A stretch of DNA of 64,000 bases from Bryobacterales bacterium (GTDB taxonomy: Bacteria > Acidobacteriota > Terriglobia > Bryobacterales > UBA6623). The notes under the pieces are model-generated. The model was not told the origin of the DNA and did not search any database. It was given only the letters and a program-made list of their open reading frames with translations. The first letter of the stretch is position 1. Every line of letters begins with the position of its first letter. Both the position numbers and the translations under genes were made by a program. The stretch is taken from assembly GCA_965226385.1 (NCBI GenBank), contig OZ245359.1:2315301-2379300 (forward strand), given 5' to 3'. Below are positions 19,395 to 29,252 of the stretch, piece after piece.

Positions 19395-20582
19395 TCACCG
19401 CCGCCCTGATCCGTTGAGACCGCCCTCCGAGAGATAATCCGCCCATAACTGCATCGATGCGCGCCGCCGCTCGAACAAATCCGAACGAAAGTACGAGCCC
19501 TCGACGCCTTGCACGACATGGGCAAGGCAGGCTTCGGCGACTTCTCGAGAGATGCCCGACTCGGCGCACCAATCGCGAAAAGACGATCGCATGCCGTGGA
19601 TGACCGCCGGGATGCCGTTTTCCCTTAGCAGTTTCGAGAGCGTGTTATCGGACAGCGCTCTCCCTGTCACGGATGGAAAGATTAGGCTCGTGTCGCCAGT
19701 GGCCCTGCGAGCCTCGGCAAGAACCTGTAACGCCGGCCGGCTCAGCGGAACGCGATGCTCGCGCCCTGTCTTCGCGCGCTCGGTGGGAACGGTCCAAGTG
19801 GCGCTCTTGATATCGACTTGCGGCCACCGGGCGTGCCGAACCTCTCCCGACCGTGCTGCTGTTAGCGTCAGGAACTCGATCGCGGCGATGGTTGCCCAGT
19901 GCGCGCGGGACGCCCGGATGATTGCGATGGCACCCGCAACCTCGGAGTGCGGCAGTGCACGATAGTGCTTCTTGATCCCGTTCGCTTTCGGCAGGGCCGT
20001 GCCGATCGCGTCGCCCGCGGGATTGTCGCTTCGGTAGCCTTGCGCGACACTCCACCGCATGACCGCGCCGATCCTTTGCCGGACTTTTCTTGCCGTCGCT
20101 GCCTTCGTCGTCCAGATCGACAACAGGACAGCCATGACGTCAACCGTGTCAATTTCGGACACGCGACGCTTCCCGAGTCGCTTCATGACGTAGTCGCGAA
20201 GGCTGGACCGCCACTGCGCCGCTGTCTTGCCGCCGTCCTTCCATCCCGGCTCGTGGATTCCGATCACTGTCTCGGCGGCTTCCGCGAACGTGGGCACGGC
20301 TCGGTCGGGGCGGAGGGCCCTCGGATCGCCGCCGGCCCGCGCCAGCTTTCGGTACTCGAACGCCTTTTGCCTTGCCCCGGACAGCGTCAGGTGGCGAGTG
20401 CTGCCGAGTCCGAGGTCGACGCGCTTGCTGTGGACAGTGCCGCGCCAGGCCCACCGGGCGGCTCCGCTTTCGTCGACCCGCAAGTACAGGCCGTCCGCGT
20501 CGTAGTACTTCCCCGGCGCCGCGTGCCTGACAAATGCGGCCGTCAGGCAGTTTCGCTTTTTGTTGGGGTATCGCGATCTCAT
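19395..20582 (-). CDS. P4-type tyrosine integrase with N-terminal arm-binding domain
   Basis: PGKYYDADGLYLRV...DLGLGS arm domain. Catalytic residues R (TAARSGE), K, HGMR, H (CLAHV) and Y (SYFRSD) are all present. GGAGG RBS before the ATG at 20582. Confidence 0.95.
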   Translation of the reverse strand: MRSRYPNKKRNCLTAAFVRHAAPGKYYDADGLYLRVDESGAARWAWRGTVHSKRVDLGLGSTRHLTLSGARQKAFEYRKLARAGGDPRALRPDRAVPTFAEAAETVIGIHEPGWKDGGKTAAQWRSSLRDYVMKRLGKRRVSEIDTVDVMAVLLSIWTTKAATARKVRQRIGAVMRWSVAQGYRSDNPAGDAIGTALPKANGIKKHYRALPHSEVAGAIAIIRASRAHWATIAAIEFLTLTAARSGEVRHARWPQVDIKSATWTVPTERAKTGREHRVPLSRPALQVLAEARRATGDTSLIFPSVTGRALSDNTLSKLLRENGIPAVIHGMRSSFRDWCAESGISREVAEACLAHVVQGVEGSYFRSDLFERRRASMQLWADYLSEGGLNGSGRR

Positions 20583-20784
20583 GAATTCACCCTCCAATCC
20601 GTCCCACAAATGGTCGTAGCACCCAACAGTTCTACATGAAACCCTATGACACGGCAAAGACACGATCCCAGCCTTGGATCAGTCATCTAATAGCTGAAAT
20701 ACAAACAGTTACGGTGACACTACGGAGACTTATTCGGGTACACTAAGTGCATTGGAGTGCCATATAGTTTCTCTAAAATGGCGT

Positions 20785-20799
20785 CCGCTGGGGACGCCA
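20785..20799 (+). repeat. attR-like copy of the tRNA-Glu(TTC) 3' end
   Basis: CCGCTGGGGACGCCA is identical to 1481-1495. Confidence 0.85.
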
Positions 20800-20890
20800 A
20801 CTTCTTGCCTGGCAGCACTTTATTCCGTCATAAGGCCTTGTCTGGTCATTGCTAAACTAACCACGTTCCCCAGTTGAGCAACGCACAGCA

Positions 20891-22282
20891 GTGCTGCTGT
20901 TTCTGATCTTTTACTGTCTTTTATTGCTTCTGGTTGGGGCTTATGCAGCCCGATCCGTGAAGCAGGAGCAGGATTTCTTTGTTGCCGGCAGGAGCCTTTC
21001 CACTGGCTTGGTCTTTTCCACATTCCTGGCCGCCAACCTGGGAGCAGGCAGTACAGTCGGGGCTGCAGAGTACGGTTACACAAGCGGACTGCAGGCATGG
21101 TGGTGGGTCGGATCCGCCGGGATCGGATCCCTGTTGCTGGCTTTCGTGATCGGTCCACGCATCCACCGTCTGGCAAGGAATCTGAACCTCTACACAGTAG
21201 GGGATTACCTGGAGGTCCGTTACGGCAAGGCAACACGCCTTACTGTTGCCGTGATCCTCTATTGCGGTTCGCCTGCCATCCTGGCGGGACAGATCATCGC
21301 ACTCGGCTTGATCCTGCATGTTGTATCCGGGATCCGGGAGTCCGGGGGCATGATCCTGGGAGGTGCAGTAGCAACCATCTATTTCACGATGGGAGGCCTG
21401 CAGTCAACCGCCTGGGTCAACAAGGTTCAGGTCGGGGTGAAGGCAGCCGGGTTCCTGACAGCTTGTTGCTGGATGTTTTTCTACCGGAACAGTTGGGGCG
21501 AGTTGCAGACTATCGCACCGGACCTGGACTATCTTTCCCTGGGCGGCGCTGGTACTACCGGCACATTGCAGTTGCTGCTCATGCTCGCACCTGCATTCAT
21601 GGTTTCACCCGGGTTGATCCAGAAACTCTATGGCGCTAGGGATGAACAGGCAGTTCGACTTGGTGTTGGTTTGCAGGGAGCCACCCTGATCGGGTTTGCA
21701 TTCCTGCCTGTTCTGCTTGGCATGGCTGCGAGGATTTACATGCCCGGGCTTGAAGATCCCGGTCTGGCACTACCAAGACTCTGTGCCGAATTTGATCCGC
21801 AGTGGCTGGGAGCACTGCTGCTCGCTGCTATCTTTTCTGCCGAGGTCAGCTCTGCAGATGCAGTCCTGTTCATGATGACAACATCACTTGTGAGGGATGT
21901 CCTTGAACCACTGGGCTTCAACAAGAACTCCCAATCAGACCTGCTTCCACTAGCCCGGAAAACTGCCCTGGTTGTTGGTGTTCTGGGAATAATTCTTGCC
22001 CATCTGCTCAGCTCTGTACTGGCAGCTCTGCGCTTTTTTTACAGCTTGCTGACAGTCACCCTGTTTGTGCCCTTGCTGGCTGGACTGTTCCAAAAACGCG
22101 CCAACCAGACAACCGCCTTACTCTCCATCTTCTGCTCACTCTCCGTAGCCGGTTACACTCACTGGATTGCAGGAGCAACTCGGAGCATATGGCTGCAGCC
22201 TGTGCCTGCAGGAATTACAGCAGGAGCCATTGCCTATCTCTGTGCTCTGCTCGTTCAGTCGAAACGACAGAGTGTACTATGA
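20891..22282 (+). CDS. Sodium:solute symporter (SSS) family protein
   Basis: DFFVAGRSL, AANLGAGSTVG, TVGDYLEVRYG and AAIFSAEVSSAD. Confidence 0.92.
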   Translation: MLLFLIFYCLLLLLVGAYAARSVKQEQDFFVAGRSLSTGLVFSTFLAANLGAGSTVGAAEYGYTSGLQAWWWVGSAGIGSLLLAFVIGPRIHRLARNLNLYTVGDYLEVRYGKATRLTVAVILYCGSPAILAGQIIALGLILHVVSGIRESGGMILGGAVATIYFTMGGLQSTAWVNKVQVGVKAAGFLTACCWMFFYRNSWGELQTIAPDLDYLSLGGAGTTGTLQLLLMLAPAFMVSPGLIQKLYGARDEQAVRLGVGLQGATLIGFAFLPVLLGMAARIYMPGLEDPGLALPRLCAEFDPQWLGALLLAAIFSAEVSSADAVLFMMTTSLVRDVLEPLGFNKNSQSDLLPLARKTALVVGVLGIILAHLLSSVLAALRFFYSLLTVTLFVPLLAGLFQKRANQTTALLSIFCSLSVAGYTHWIAGATRSIWLQPVPAGITAGAIAYLCALLVQSKRQSVL

Positions 22283-22294
22283 TCAGCTAGTCAC

Positions 22295-23962
22295 ATGGAT
22301 ACTAGCCTTCAACTCATCGACTGGCTCGTAATCGGCGGCTACTTCGCCATGATGGTTGCAGTCGGCTTGTACGCTGCCCGCAAGGTAAAGGACACTGCGG
22401 ACTACTTTCTCGGCAACCGCAGTTTTAACGTCTGGCTCGCGATCGGGCAGACTCTCGGGGTAGGTACCCACGCTGAAATGCCTGTTTCCCTGGCCGGCAA
22501 GGTCTACCAGTCCGGCTACGCCGGTATCTGGTACCAGTGGAAAAACCTCTTCATTACGCCGTTTTACTGGATTCTTGCACCACTGTTCCGTCGCTTTCGC
22601 CGGACAACCACCGGGGAAGTCTACGAGGATCGCTATGGGGAGGCCCTGGGCGCTGTCTATACCATCTTTGCCCTGGCCTATTTCACCTTCAACATGGGTG
22701 CGATGCTGAAGGGTGCCGGCAAACTGGTGAGCGTCGCCTCGGGAGATCTTGTCTCGGCCAACTCTGTAGTGCTGGCCATGACAGCAACGTTCCTGCTCTA
22801 CAGTTTCGTGGGTGGGCTGATTTCAGCAGCTTATACAGATTTCGTCCAGAGCATCTTCATTATTGCCCTCAGCTTTTTGCTGATCCCCATGGGCCTGAAG
22901 CAAACAGGAGGGTTCACCGGAATCCGGGAGACGCTGGATTCCGGCATGCTCTCAATGGTCACTCCAGGTGACATCGGGGTTTTTACAATCTTAATGCTGA
23001 CCCTGAACGGACTAATAGGGATTGTTGCGCAACCACACATCCTGGCAAGTGTCGGAACCGGCAAGAATGAGCGGGCCTGTCGCGTCGGCATGGCTTATGG
23101 CAATTTCATCAAGCGTTTCTGCACGATCGGATGGGCACTGGTCGGTATCATTGTCGCGACCATCATCCTGCAACGGGGTGAAGCGGCCTTCGCCGACCCG
23201 GAAGACGCTTTCGGATACGCAACACGTGAACTGCTTTTTCCTGGTGGGCTGGGATTGATGATTGCCTGTGTCCTGGCAGCTAACATGTCAACTGGATCCG
23301 CCTTCATGGTCGACAGTGCCGCGCTTTTCACACAGAATTTCTACCGACGCTACATCACCCGGACAAAAACTGACCGGCACTATCTCTGGTCCGGAAGATT
23401 CGCCGGTGTTGCGATAACACTGTTGGGTGTTATCTTCGGGCTCTTTGTCGGTAATGTGCTACAGGCGTTCCTGTTCACCGAAACCATTGCTGCCTTTATG
23501 GGTATCAGCATGTTCGGGGCGATATCCTGGCGACGTTCGAACCGTTGGGGTGCCCTGGCAAGCCTTTTCCTTTCTTCCAGTGTGTTTTTCTGGTTGACCT
23601 GGAGCAACTTTGGCGTACTGCTTCACTGGGATGCGATGAACTTCGGCATCGCGCTGGCGACAGGTTTTCTGGCCCTGTGGGCAGTCAGCCTGTTGACCAG
23701 GCCTGAACCCCCCGAGGCTTTGCAGGAGTTCTACAAAAAACTGGACACTGCTTCCCGCTGGGACCCACAGACCGAACAGGAAATAGAAACCAACGTACCC
23801 GGACAGGACCTGTTGTTTGTCCATCTGTTCAACCTGGACCTCAGCAAGGGCTTCGGAACTTTCTACAGGCGTTTCCGGACTGACATCAATGGCCTGGCAG
23901 TAGCTTGCCTGGTTGTCATAGTCCTGATTGCACTCGCCAAGGGCATCCTCTTGTTACCCTGA
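22295..23962 (+). CDS. Sodium:solute symporter (SSS) family protein
   Basis: DYFLGNRSF, YEDRYG, YSFVGGLISAAYTDFVQ and LAANMST. Confidence 0.92.
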   Translation: MDTSLQLIDWLVIGGYFAMMVAVGLYAARKVKDTADYFLGNRSFNVWLAIGQTLGVGTHAEMPVSLAGKVYQSGYAGIWYQWKNLFITPFYWILAPLFRRFRRTTTGEVYEDRYGEALGAVYTIFALAYFTFNMGAMLKGAGKLVSVASGDLVSANSVVLAMTATFLLYSFVGGLISAAYTDFVQSIFIIALSFLLIPMGLKQTGGFTGIRETLDSGMLSMVTPGDIGVFTILMLTLNGLIGIVAQPHILASVGTGKNERACRVGMAYGNFIKRFCTIGWALVGIIVATIILQRGEAAFADPEDAFGYATRELLFPGGLGLMIACVLAANMSTGSAFMVDSAALFTQNFYRRYITRTKTDRHYLWSGRFAGVAITLLGVIFGLFVGNVLQAFLFTETIAAFMGISMFGAISWRRSNRWGALASLFLSSSVFFWLTWSNFGVLLHWDAMNFGIALATGFLALWAVSLLTRPEPPEALQEFYKKLDTASRWDPQTEQEIETNVPGQDLLFVHLFNLDLSKGFGTFYRRFRTDINGLAVACLVVIVLIALAKGILLLP

Positions 23963-23978
23963 GGTTCCGGTTTGTGTC

Positions 23979-25100
23979 CTATCCTGCTGAAAGCAGTTGA
24001 TACGTTTCCCTGCCTACTACAAGTTCTTCCTGTGCAGACAACAGGACACAGGTCACAGGACTGTCATCAGGGCTGATGATGCGATCTGACCCGGAGGCTT
24101 CATTCCTGGTGTCATCCAGTTCGATTCCCAAAAAGGCGAGTCCTTCGCAAGCCAGTTTCCGGAATGAGGCCGAGTTCTCCCCAATCCCGCCAGTGAACGA
24201 CAGGACATCCAGTCCACCCATTGCTGCACAATAAGCCCCAATGGTCTTGCGGACCTGGTAGGCAAATGTATCCAGTGCAAGCCTGGCATTTACATTGCCG
24301 TTTTCTGCCGCTTTCTCGATATCTCTTACATCCCCGCCAGCTATTCCTGACAAGCCTGCCAGACCACCCTCTGCGACAAGATGCTGACGCATCTCAACAG
24401 TGGACATATCAAGGCGCTCCATCAGAAAGAGCACAGCAAAAGGATCAAGGTCCCCGTGCCTACTGGCGCTCTCAAGCCCGGACTGCGGGGAAAATCCCAT
24501 CGTGGTATCAACAGACTGGCCATCACGAATGGCGCAGATGGACGAGCTGCCACCGAGATGGCACGATATGATCCGCAGCCCAGATTCCCTCCTTCCTGAA
24601 AACTGCGGTATCCGTTCACTGATCGAGCGGTGTGAGGCACCATGGAATCCAAATCGCTGGATACCGTGTTCGGTCTTCCATTTTTCCGGCACTCCATAGA
24701 CACTCGCATAAGCGGGCATGGTGCGATGGAAACCTGGTTCAAGAACGGCTACAAGATCCAGACCTGGCCTTTGAGCACGAAACTCCCTGATCCCTTCCAG
24801 GTAGATGCTGTTGTGAACAGGTGCTGCGGGTTCATACTCTTCCAGGGCTGCAAGCAGTTTGTCGTCGACTCGAAAAGTCCCGCGATATTGTGGTCCTGCA
24901 TGCACTGCCTTAAAACCTGCAGCGTCGACTTCACCAACCTGTTGAAGCACATTGGACACTGCTTCCTGATAGCTGGCCGCATCGCCACCAGGACAACCGA
25001 TGCGTTCCATGCGCCCTGCAACGAGTTTTTCTTCCTCGGGAAACCCAAGTAGCTGGTACTTCAGGGATGTGGATCCAAGGTTAGGAACCAGAATCTTCAT
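23979..25100 (-). CDS. ackA: Acetate/propionate kinase
   Basis: KILVPNLGSTSLKYQL, RFGFHGASH, CHLGGSSS, DTTMGFSP and FTGGIGENS. Confidence 0.93.
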   Translation of the reverse strand: MKILVPNLGSTSLKYQLLGFPEEEKLVAGRMERIGCPGGDAASYQEAVSNVLQQVGEVDAAGFKAVHAGPQYRGTFRVDDKLLAALEEYEPAAPVHNSIYLEGIREFRAQRPGLDLVAVLEPGFHRTMPAYASVYGVPEKWKTEHGIQRFGFHGASHRSISERIPQFSGRRESGLRIISCHLGGSSSICAIRDGQSVDTTMGFSPQSGLESASRHGDLDPFAVLFLMERLDMSTVEMRQHLVAEGGLAGLSGIAGGDVRDIEKAAENGNVNARLALDTFAYQVRKTIGAYCAAMGGLDVLSFTGGIGENSASFRKLACEGLAFLGIELDDTRNEASGSDRIISPDDSPVTCVLLSAQEELVVGRETYQLLSAG

Positions 25101-25194
25101 GATGCCGGGCAAGCTTCCCAAAGCCCTTGGCTTCCAACTCCTGGATTGTGGGCTTCTGTACTAATCAAGTAGAGCTTCATCCTCTGCTGGAAAT

Positions 25195-26460
25195 TTACAG
25201 TACAGGTGCTTTCCAGTTCTCGATCACTCCGCGGATATGCTCCAGGAACAGGTCTGCAACTGCACCATCGATCACACGGTGATCGAAGCTCAGTGTCAGG
25301 TAGGCGATCGAACGGATCGCAATTGCGTCATTGATCACTACCGGAGCCTTGGTCACAGATCCAATCCCCAGGATGGCAACCTGCGGTTGATTGATCGCAG
25401 GAGTCGCCAGAAGCGAATTGTAGCTGCCGTAGTTTGAAATCGAGAACGTACCCTGGGTCACTTCATCCGGCTTGAGAGCCTTGGAACGGGCCCGGGCAGC
25501 TAGGTCATTGACAGCCTTCTGCAGACCAACCACACTCAGCTCATCCGCTCTCCGGATCACAGGCACGATCAGGCCATTTTCCAGGGCAACTGCAAATCCA
25601 GGGTTGATCTCCCGGTGCAAGATGAGGGTTCTCCCGTCAAGGGAGGCATTGACGACCGGGTACTGTTTCAGTGCAGAACTGACTGCTTGCAGGAAAAAGG
25701 GCATGAATGTCAGCTTGGTGCCATTCTGCTCAAGGAACTTGTCCTTGTTCTGGCTCCTCAACCTGGCAATCTGCGTGCAATCCACCTGGTGCACTGTCGA
25801 GACATGCGGCGAAACCCGCTTGGTCTTCACCATGTGTTCGGCTATGCTGACCCGAATCTTGCTCAGTGGCTCTGCAGTGAAATCACCAAAACGTGACTCC
25901 GGTGCAGCCGGGAATGCTGTGAAATCAACAACCGCGGCTGCAGCACCCGCCGAACCTTGTTGCTCTATGAAGGCAAGGATGTCTTTTTTTGTGATTCGTC
26001 CGCCATCCCCACTGCCCTTGCCCACGTGTGCAAGGTCAATTCCCTTTTCCTTGGCGATTCGTCGAACGAGCGGGGAGGACCGGATTTTCCTGGCTGGTCC
26101 TGTCTCCGCTTCACCACTGGTAGCCACCTGAGAGGGTGCGGCTCTGGCAGGCTCTGCCTGCTTGACTTCCGGTTCGGAAGCCACATCGGGCTGGACACTG
26201 TCACTACTGTGCTTTCCAACCTTCGATCCATCCCCGATGAAGGCAACAACCGTATTGATCTCGACCGTGTCCCCCTCAGGGAAAAAGATGGCCTCCAATA
26301 CACCTGCCTCTGGTGCAGGGACCTCGGAATCTACCTTGTCCGTAGAGATTTCAAATAACACCTCGTCGCGGTCTACCTTATCCCCAAGTTCCTTCAACCA
26401 CTTGGTAATGGTTCCCTCTACGATGCTTTCGCCCATCTGGGGCATGATAACTTCGCCCAT
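25195..26460 (-). CDS. sucB: 2-oxo acid dehydrogenase E2, dihydrolipoamide acyltransferase (SucB-like)
   Basis: Lipoyl domain EISTDKVDSEVP, E3-binding SPLVRRIAKE and catalytic FDHRVIDG. Confidence 0.88.
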   Translation of the reverse strand: MGEVIMPQMGESIVEGTITKWLKELGDKVDRDEVLFEISTDKVDSEVPAPEAGVLEAIFFPEGDTVEINTVVAFIGDGSKVGKHSSDSVQPDVASEPEVKQAEPARAAPSQVATSGEAETGPARKIRSSPLVRRIAKEKGIDLAHVGKGSGDGGRITKKDILAFIEQQGSAGAAAAVVDFTAFPAAPESRFGDFTAEPLSKIRVSIAEHMVKTKRVSPHVSTVHQVDCTQIARLRSQNKDKFLEQNGTKLTFMPFFLQAVSSALKQYPVVNASLDGRTLILHREINPGFAVALENGLIVPVIRRADELSVVGLQKAVNDLAARARSKALKPDEVTQGTFSISNYGSYNSLLATPAINQPQVAILGIGSVTKAPVVINDAIAIRSIAYLTLSFDHRVIDGAVADLFLEHIRGVIENWKAPVL

Positions 26461-26507
26461 CTCAGCCTTACCTCTTGCTTTCAGTTCCTACAAGCATTTT
26501 CAGTGCC

Positions 26508-27206
26508 TCAACCCCTTGCAGTCATGGTCCTTCCGAACTCTTTACCGAAATGACGACTCAGGGAATCAAGCACTGTCTGTCGATCTGGTGCCCACCCCAG
26601 TACTTGCTTGAGTGATGTCACTGGTTTTTGCAGACCGCAGGGAACAATCAGCCCAAAGTACTCCAGCTCGGTCTCTACGTTCAGGGCAAACCCATGGGAA
26701 GTGACCCAGCGACTCAGGTGAACACCCATGGCTGCAATCTTGGCTTCTCCAACCCAGACGCCAGTAAGACCACTCACCCGTTGCGAACTGACTCCAAAAT
26801 CCAGCAGGGCATTCATGATGACTTGCTCCAGGGATCGCAAATAGGCCCCAACATCACGACGCCAGCGTTTCAGGTCAAGGATCGGATAACCGACCACCTG
26901 ACCCGGTCCGTGATAGGTCACATCCCCGCCACGGTTCGTTTCCTCCACCGTAATCCCGAGTCCATGTAAGTACTCGGAATCGGCCAGGATATGCGCCAGA
27001 TCGGCATTACGACCCAAGGTGATCGTAGGCGGGTGCTCCACAAACAGGAGCTGGTCGCCAATCTGGTCTTTTTTGCGCTCCCGGGACAGATCCAGTTGCA
27101 AGTCGCAGGTTTCGCGATACCCGGCCCGCCCAAGATCCCTGACAACACATTCCTGTGAGACGGTCCCCACGGCACTGTCAGCTAACCCTTCCACGCAAAC
27201 CGTCAT
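26508..27206 (-). CDS. lipB: Lipoyl(octanoyl) transferase
   Basis: EHPPTITLG, RGGDVTYHGPGQ, KIAAMGV, HGFALNV and IVPCG. Confidence 0.95.
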   Translation of the reverse strand: MTVCVEGLADSAVGTVSQECVVRDLGRAGYRETCDLQLDLSRERKKDQIGDQLLFVEHPPTITLGRNADLAHILADSEYLHGLGITVEETNRGGDVTYHGPGQVVGYPILDLKRWRRDVGAYLRSLEQVIMNALLDFGVSSQRVSGLTGVWVGEAKIAAMGVHLSRWVTSHGFALNVETELEYFGLIVPCGLQKPVTSLKQVLGWAPDRQTVLDSLSRHFGKEFGRTMTARG

Positions 27207-27212
27207 TTGGCC

Positions 27213-28607
27213 TCAGTAATTGATCCCCAGGCCGTAAATCCCGTTGAAGGCATCCTGCACCGCTTCCGACAAGGTTGGATGGGCATGAATCGTACTGCGC
27301 AGTGTGTCAACCGTGGCCTCGCTCTGCATGGCGACAATTGCTTCGTGAATCAGTTCCGTAGCCTGCGGCCCGATGATATGGACTCCTAGGATCTCACCAT
27401 ACTGCTCATCCGCTACAACCTTCACAAAACCTGTATGCCTGTCAAGGATGGTGGCCTTGCTGTTGGCCAGGAAAGGAAAACTTGAGACCATAACCTTGTG
27501 CCCGGCATTGCGAGCTGCTGCTTCACTCAAACCCACACTGGCAATCTGCGGCTCGCAGTACGTACAGAACGGATTCAGGTTGTAGTTGATCGGCTTGGCC
27601 TCGCGACCCGCAATCCGGGCTGCTGCCAGTAACCCTTCCGCAGAGGCCACGTGTGCTAACTGCGGCGTTCCGGCTACGATGTCACCGATCGCATACACAC
27701 CTTTTTCTGCAGTCTGCATGTATTCGTCCACAACGATACAGGAGCGATCCGTCTTGATAGCTGTTTTCTCAAGACCAATACGTTCCGTATTCGGTTTCCT
27801 GCCAACAGCTACGAGCAGTTTTTCAAACTCCCGGGATTGTTGGGCAGCTCCTGCTGGAGTGAATTTGACAGTGATCCCGCTGGAAGAGTCCTCGACCTCA
27901 TCCACACTGGATTGAGTATGGATCTTTATGCCTTTCTTTCTGAAGTCCTTCAGCAGGGTCTTCGAGATATCCTCATCCTCGAGCGGCACGATGCGGGGAA
28001 GCATTTCAAAAATAGTGACTTCTGCACCGAAACTGCAGTACATCGAGGCAAACTCGACACCCACGGCTCCCGCCCCGATAATTGCCAGCGATTTCGGGAT
28101 GCTGGTCAGGTCAAGGATCTCGACATTGGTCAGGATGCGATCCGAAACAGGATCCAGACCACCAAGCATACGGGCTTCCGAACCGGTTGCAAGAATAATG
28201 CTTTTCGCCTTGAGAGTCTTCTCCCCGTCTGGGCTGGAGACTTTTACGGCTCCACCGCCCAGCAGTTCCCCGAAGCCTGTAATGGTATCGATCTTGTGCT
28301 TTTTAAACAGCATGCCGATACCAGAAGCGTGCCGGTCTACAATCTCCTGTTTCCGTTTTCTCATCACGGAGCCATCCAGCGAAAGTTTCCCGGTCGTGAG
28401 CCCGAATTCGGGTCCTGACTGTGCCGCTTCGTAAATCTCCGCAAAGTGCAGCAGGGCCTTTGTCGGAATGCAGCCTACATGCAGGCAGACTCCGCCAAGA
28501 AAGGGGTCTTTTTCGATAACGCCGACTTTCAGACCATATTGAGATGCACGGATTGCGGCTACATAGCCGCCTGGCCCGCTACCGATAATCAGGAGATCGT
28601 AATCCAT
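27213..28607 (-). CDS. lpdA: Dihydrolipoyl dehydrogenase
   Basis: GSGPGGYVAAIRA, GGVCLHVGCIPTK and HAHPTLSEA. Confidence 0.96.
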   Translation of the reverse strand: MDYDLLIIGSGPGGYVAAIRASQYGLKVGVIEKDPFLGGVCLHVGCIPTKALLHFAEIYEAAQSGPEFGLTTGKLSLDGSVMRKRKQEIVDRHASGIGMLFKKHKIDTITGFGELLGGGAVKVSSPDGEKTLKAKSIILATGSEARMLGGLDPVSDRILTNVEILDLTSIPKSLAIIGAGAVGVEFASMYCSFGAEVTIFEMLPRIVPLEDEDISKTLLKDFRKKGIKIHTQSSVDEVEDSSSGITVKFTPAGAAQQSREFEKLLVAVGRKPNTERIGLEKTAIKTDRSCIVVDEYMQTAEKGVYAIGDIVAGTPQLAHVASAEGLLAAARIAGREAKPINYNLNPFCTYCEPQIASVGLSEAAARNAGHKVMVSSFPFLANSKATILDRHTGFVKVVADEQYGEILGVHIIGPQATELIHEAIVAMQSEATVDTLRSTIHAHPTLSEAVQDAFNGIYGLGINY

Positions 28608-28802
28608 GGATAAATTGCAGTCTATCAAAGCACTACTGGCACCTGTGAAACACCTGGTTGCCCCAGAGCGCCTGCTGCCAATATTTTTCGGTCTGTCCGT
28701 CTAGCTCTTGAAATGCAGTCCCAAGCACGCATGCCTGGAACACTCCGGAAACGGTCTCCAGACCATTGCCAAAGGTTTCCAGTCAGGGCTTCAGCTAGAA
28801 AA

Positions 28803-28860
28803 CCGTTCTGTCACACCTAATCAAACCTGCCTAGACGGTTTCAAAGCTGACTTCCTGCTT
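28803..28860 (-). repeat. TnpB-element right end / omegaRNA 3' part (IS607-like), copy 1
   Basis: 54/58 identical, in inverted orientation, to 43168-43225, which follows a tnpB 3' end. Ends in ...GACAGAACGG. Confidence 0.8.
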
Positions 28861-29157
28861 GCTGCATCGCCTTGCAACGGCGAAAGAACGCCTGAAAGGC
28901 CAGATCCACTCGAATGATCACCGACCGGTAAGCTGCCAATGGAAGGACTCGCCAAGCTGGATCAGCCTGCCGTCGGAGCGTCAGGCTCTTGAACTGGTCG
29001 AACCGCGAGACACTCAGCTGCGCTGTTTTCCAACTCGCCTTGCGTTCTCGCAACACTTCGTTGTACAGCCGCAACAGCACAGCTGTGAGAACAGGATCTC
29101 CAAGCGAACATGACTCTTCCGCGAGAGCTTTGCTGTCCGTGTGATCGTCCGTGTCAC
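28861..29157 (-). pseudogene. tnpB: tnpB 5' fragment (frameshifted, RuvC domain deleted)
   Basis: VTRTITRTAKLSRKSH...LYNEVLRERKASW...DQFKSLT...RVDLAFQAFFRRCK matches the TnpB N-terminal pattern. Confidence 0.8.
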
Positions 29158-29163
29158 CGTTTT

Positions 29164-29192
29164 ATTCTATTTTTCTTCGCCTACTCTGTCAA
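29164..29192 (-). promoter_or_regulatory. Consensus sigma70 promoter of the tnpB fragment
   Basis: TTGACA-17 bp-TAGAAT, 6 nt before the GTG at 29157. Confidence 0.7.
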
Positions 29193-29220
29193 GTCCCAAG
29201 GCATTCACCCAACCCTTCGA

Positions 29221-29252
29221 TTGGCACTCAGGTATATAATTCTCTAAGCTTA
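29221..29252 (+). repeat. 32-bp dispersed repeat, IS1595-like terminal sequence, copy 1
   Basis: TTGGCACTCAGGTATATAATTCTCTAAGCTTA, 29/32 identical to 43310-43341. Confidence 0.7.

Larger units (their letters stand above)
1496..20799. mobile_element. Putative genomic island integrated at tRNA-Glu(TTC), ~19.3 kb
   Basis: 15-bp direct repeat CCGCTGGGGACGCCA at 1481-1495 and 20785-20799, P4-type integrase next to the distal copy, high IS density, and a visible composition shift after 20800. Confidence 0.75.

Noticed and set aside
18780-19395. Possible excisionase, primase or IS66 remnant downstream of the integrase
   Set aside because: Several overlapping ORFs, none with a convincing motif.
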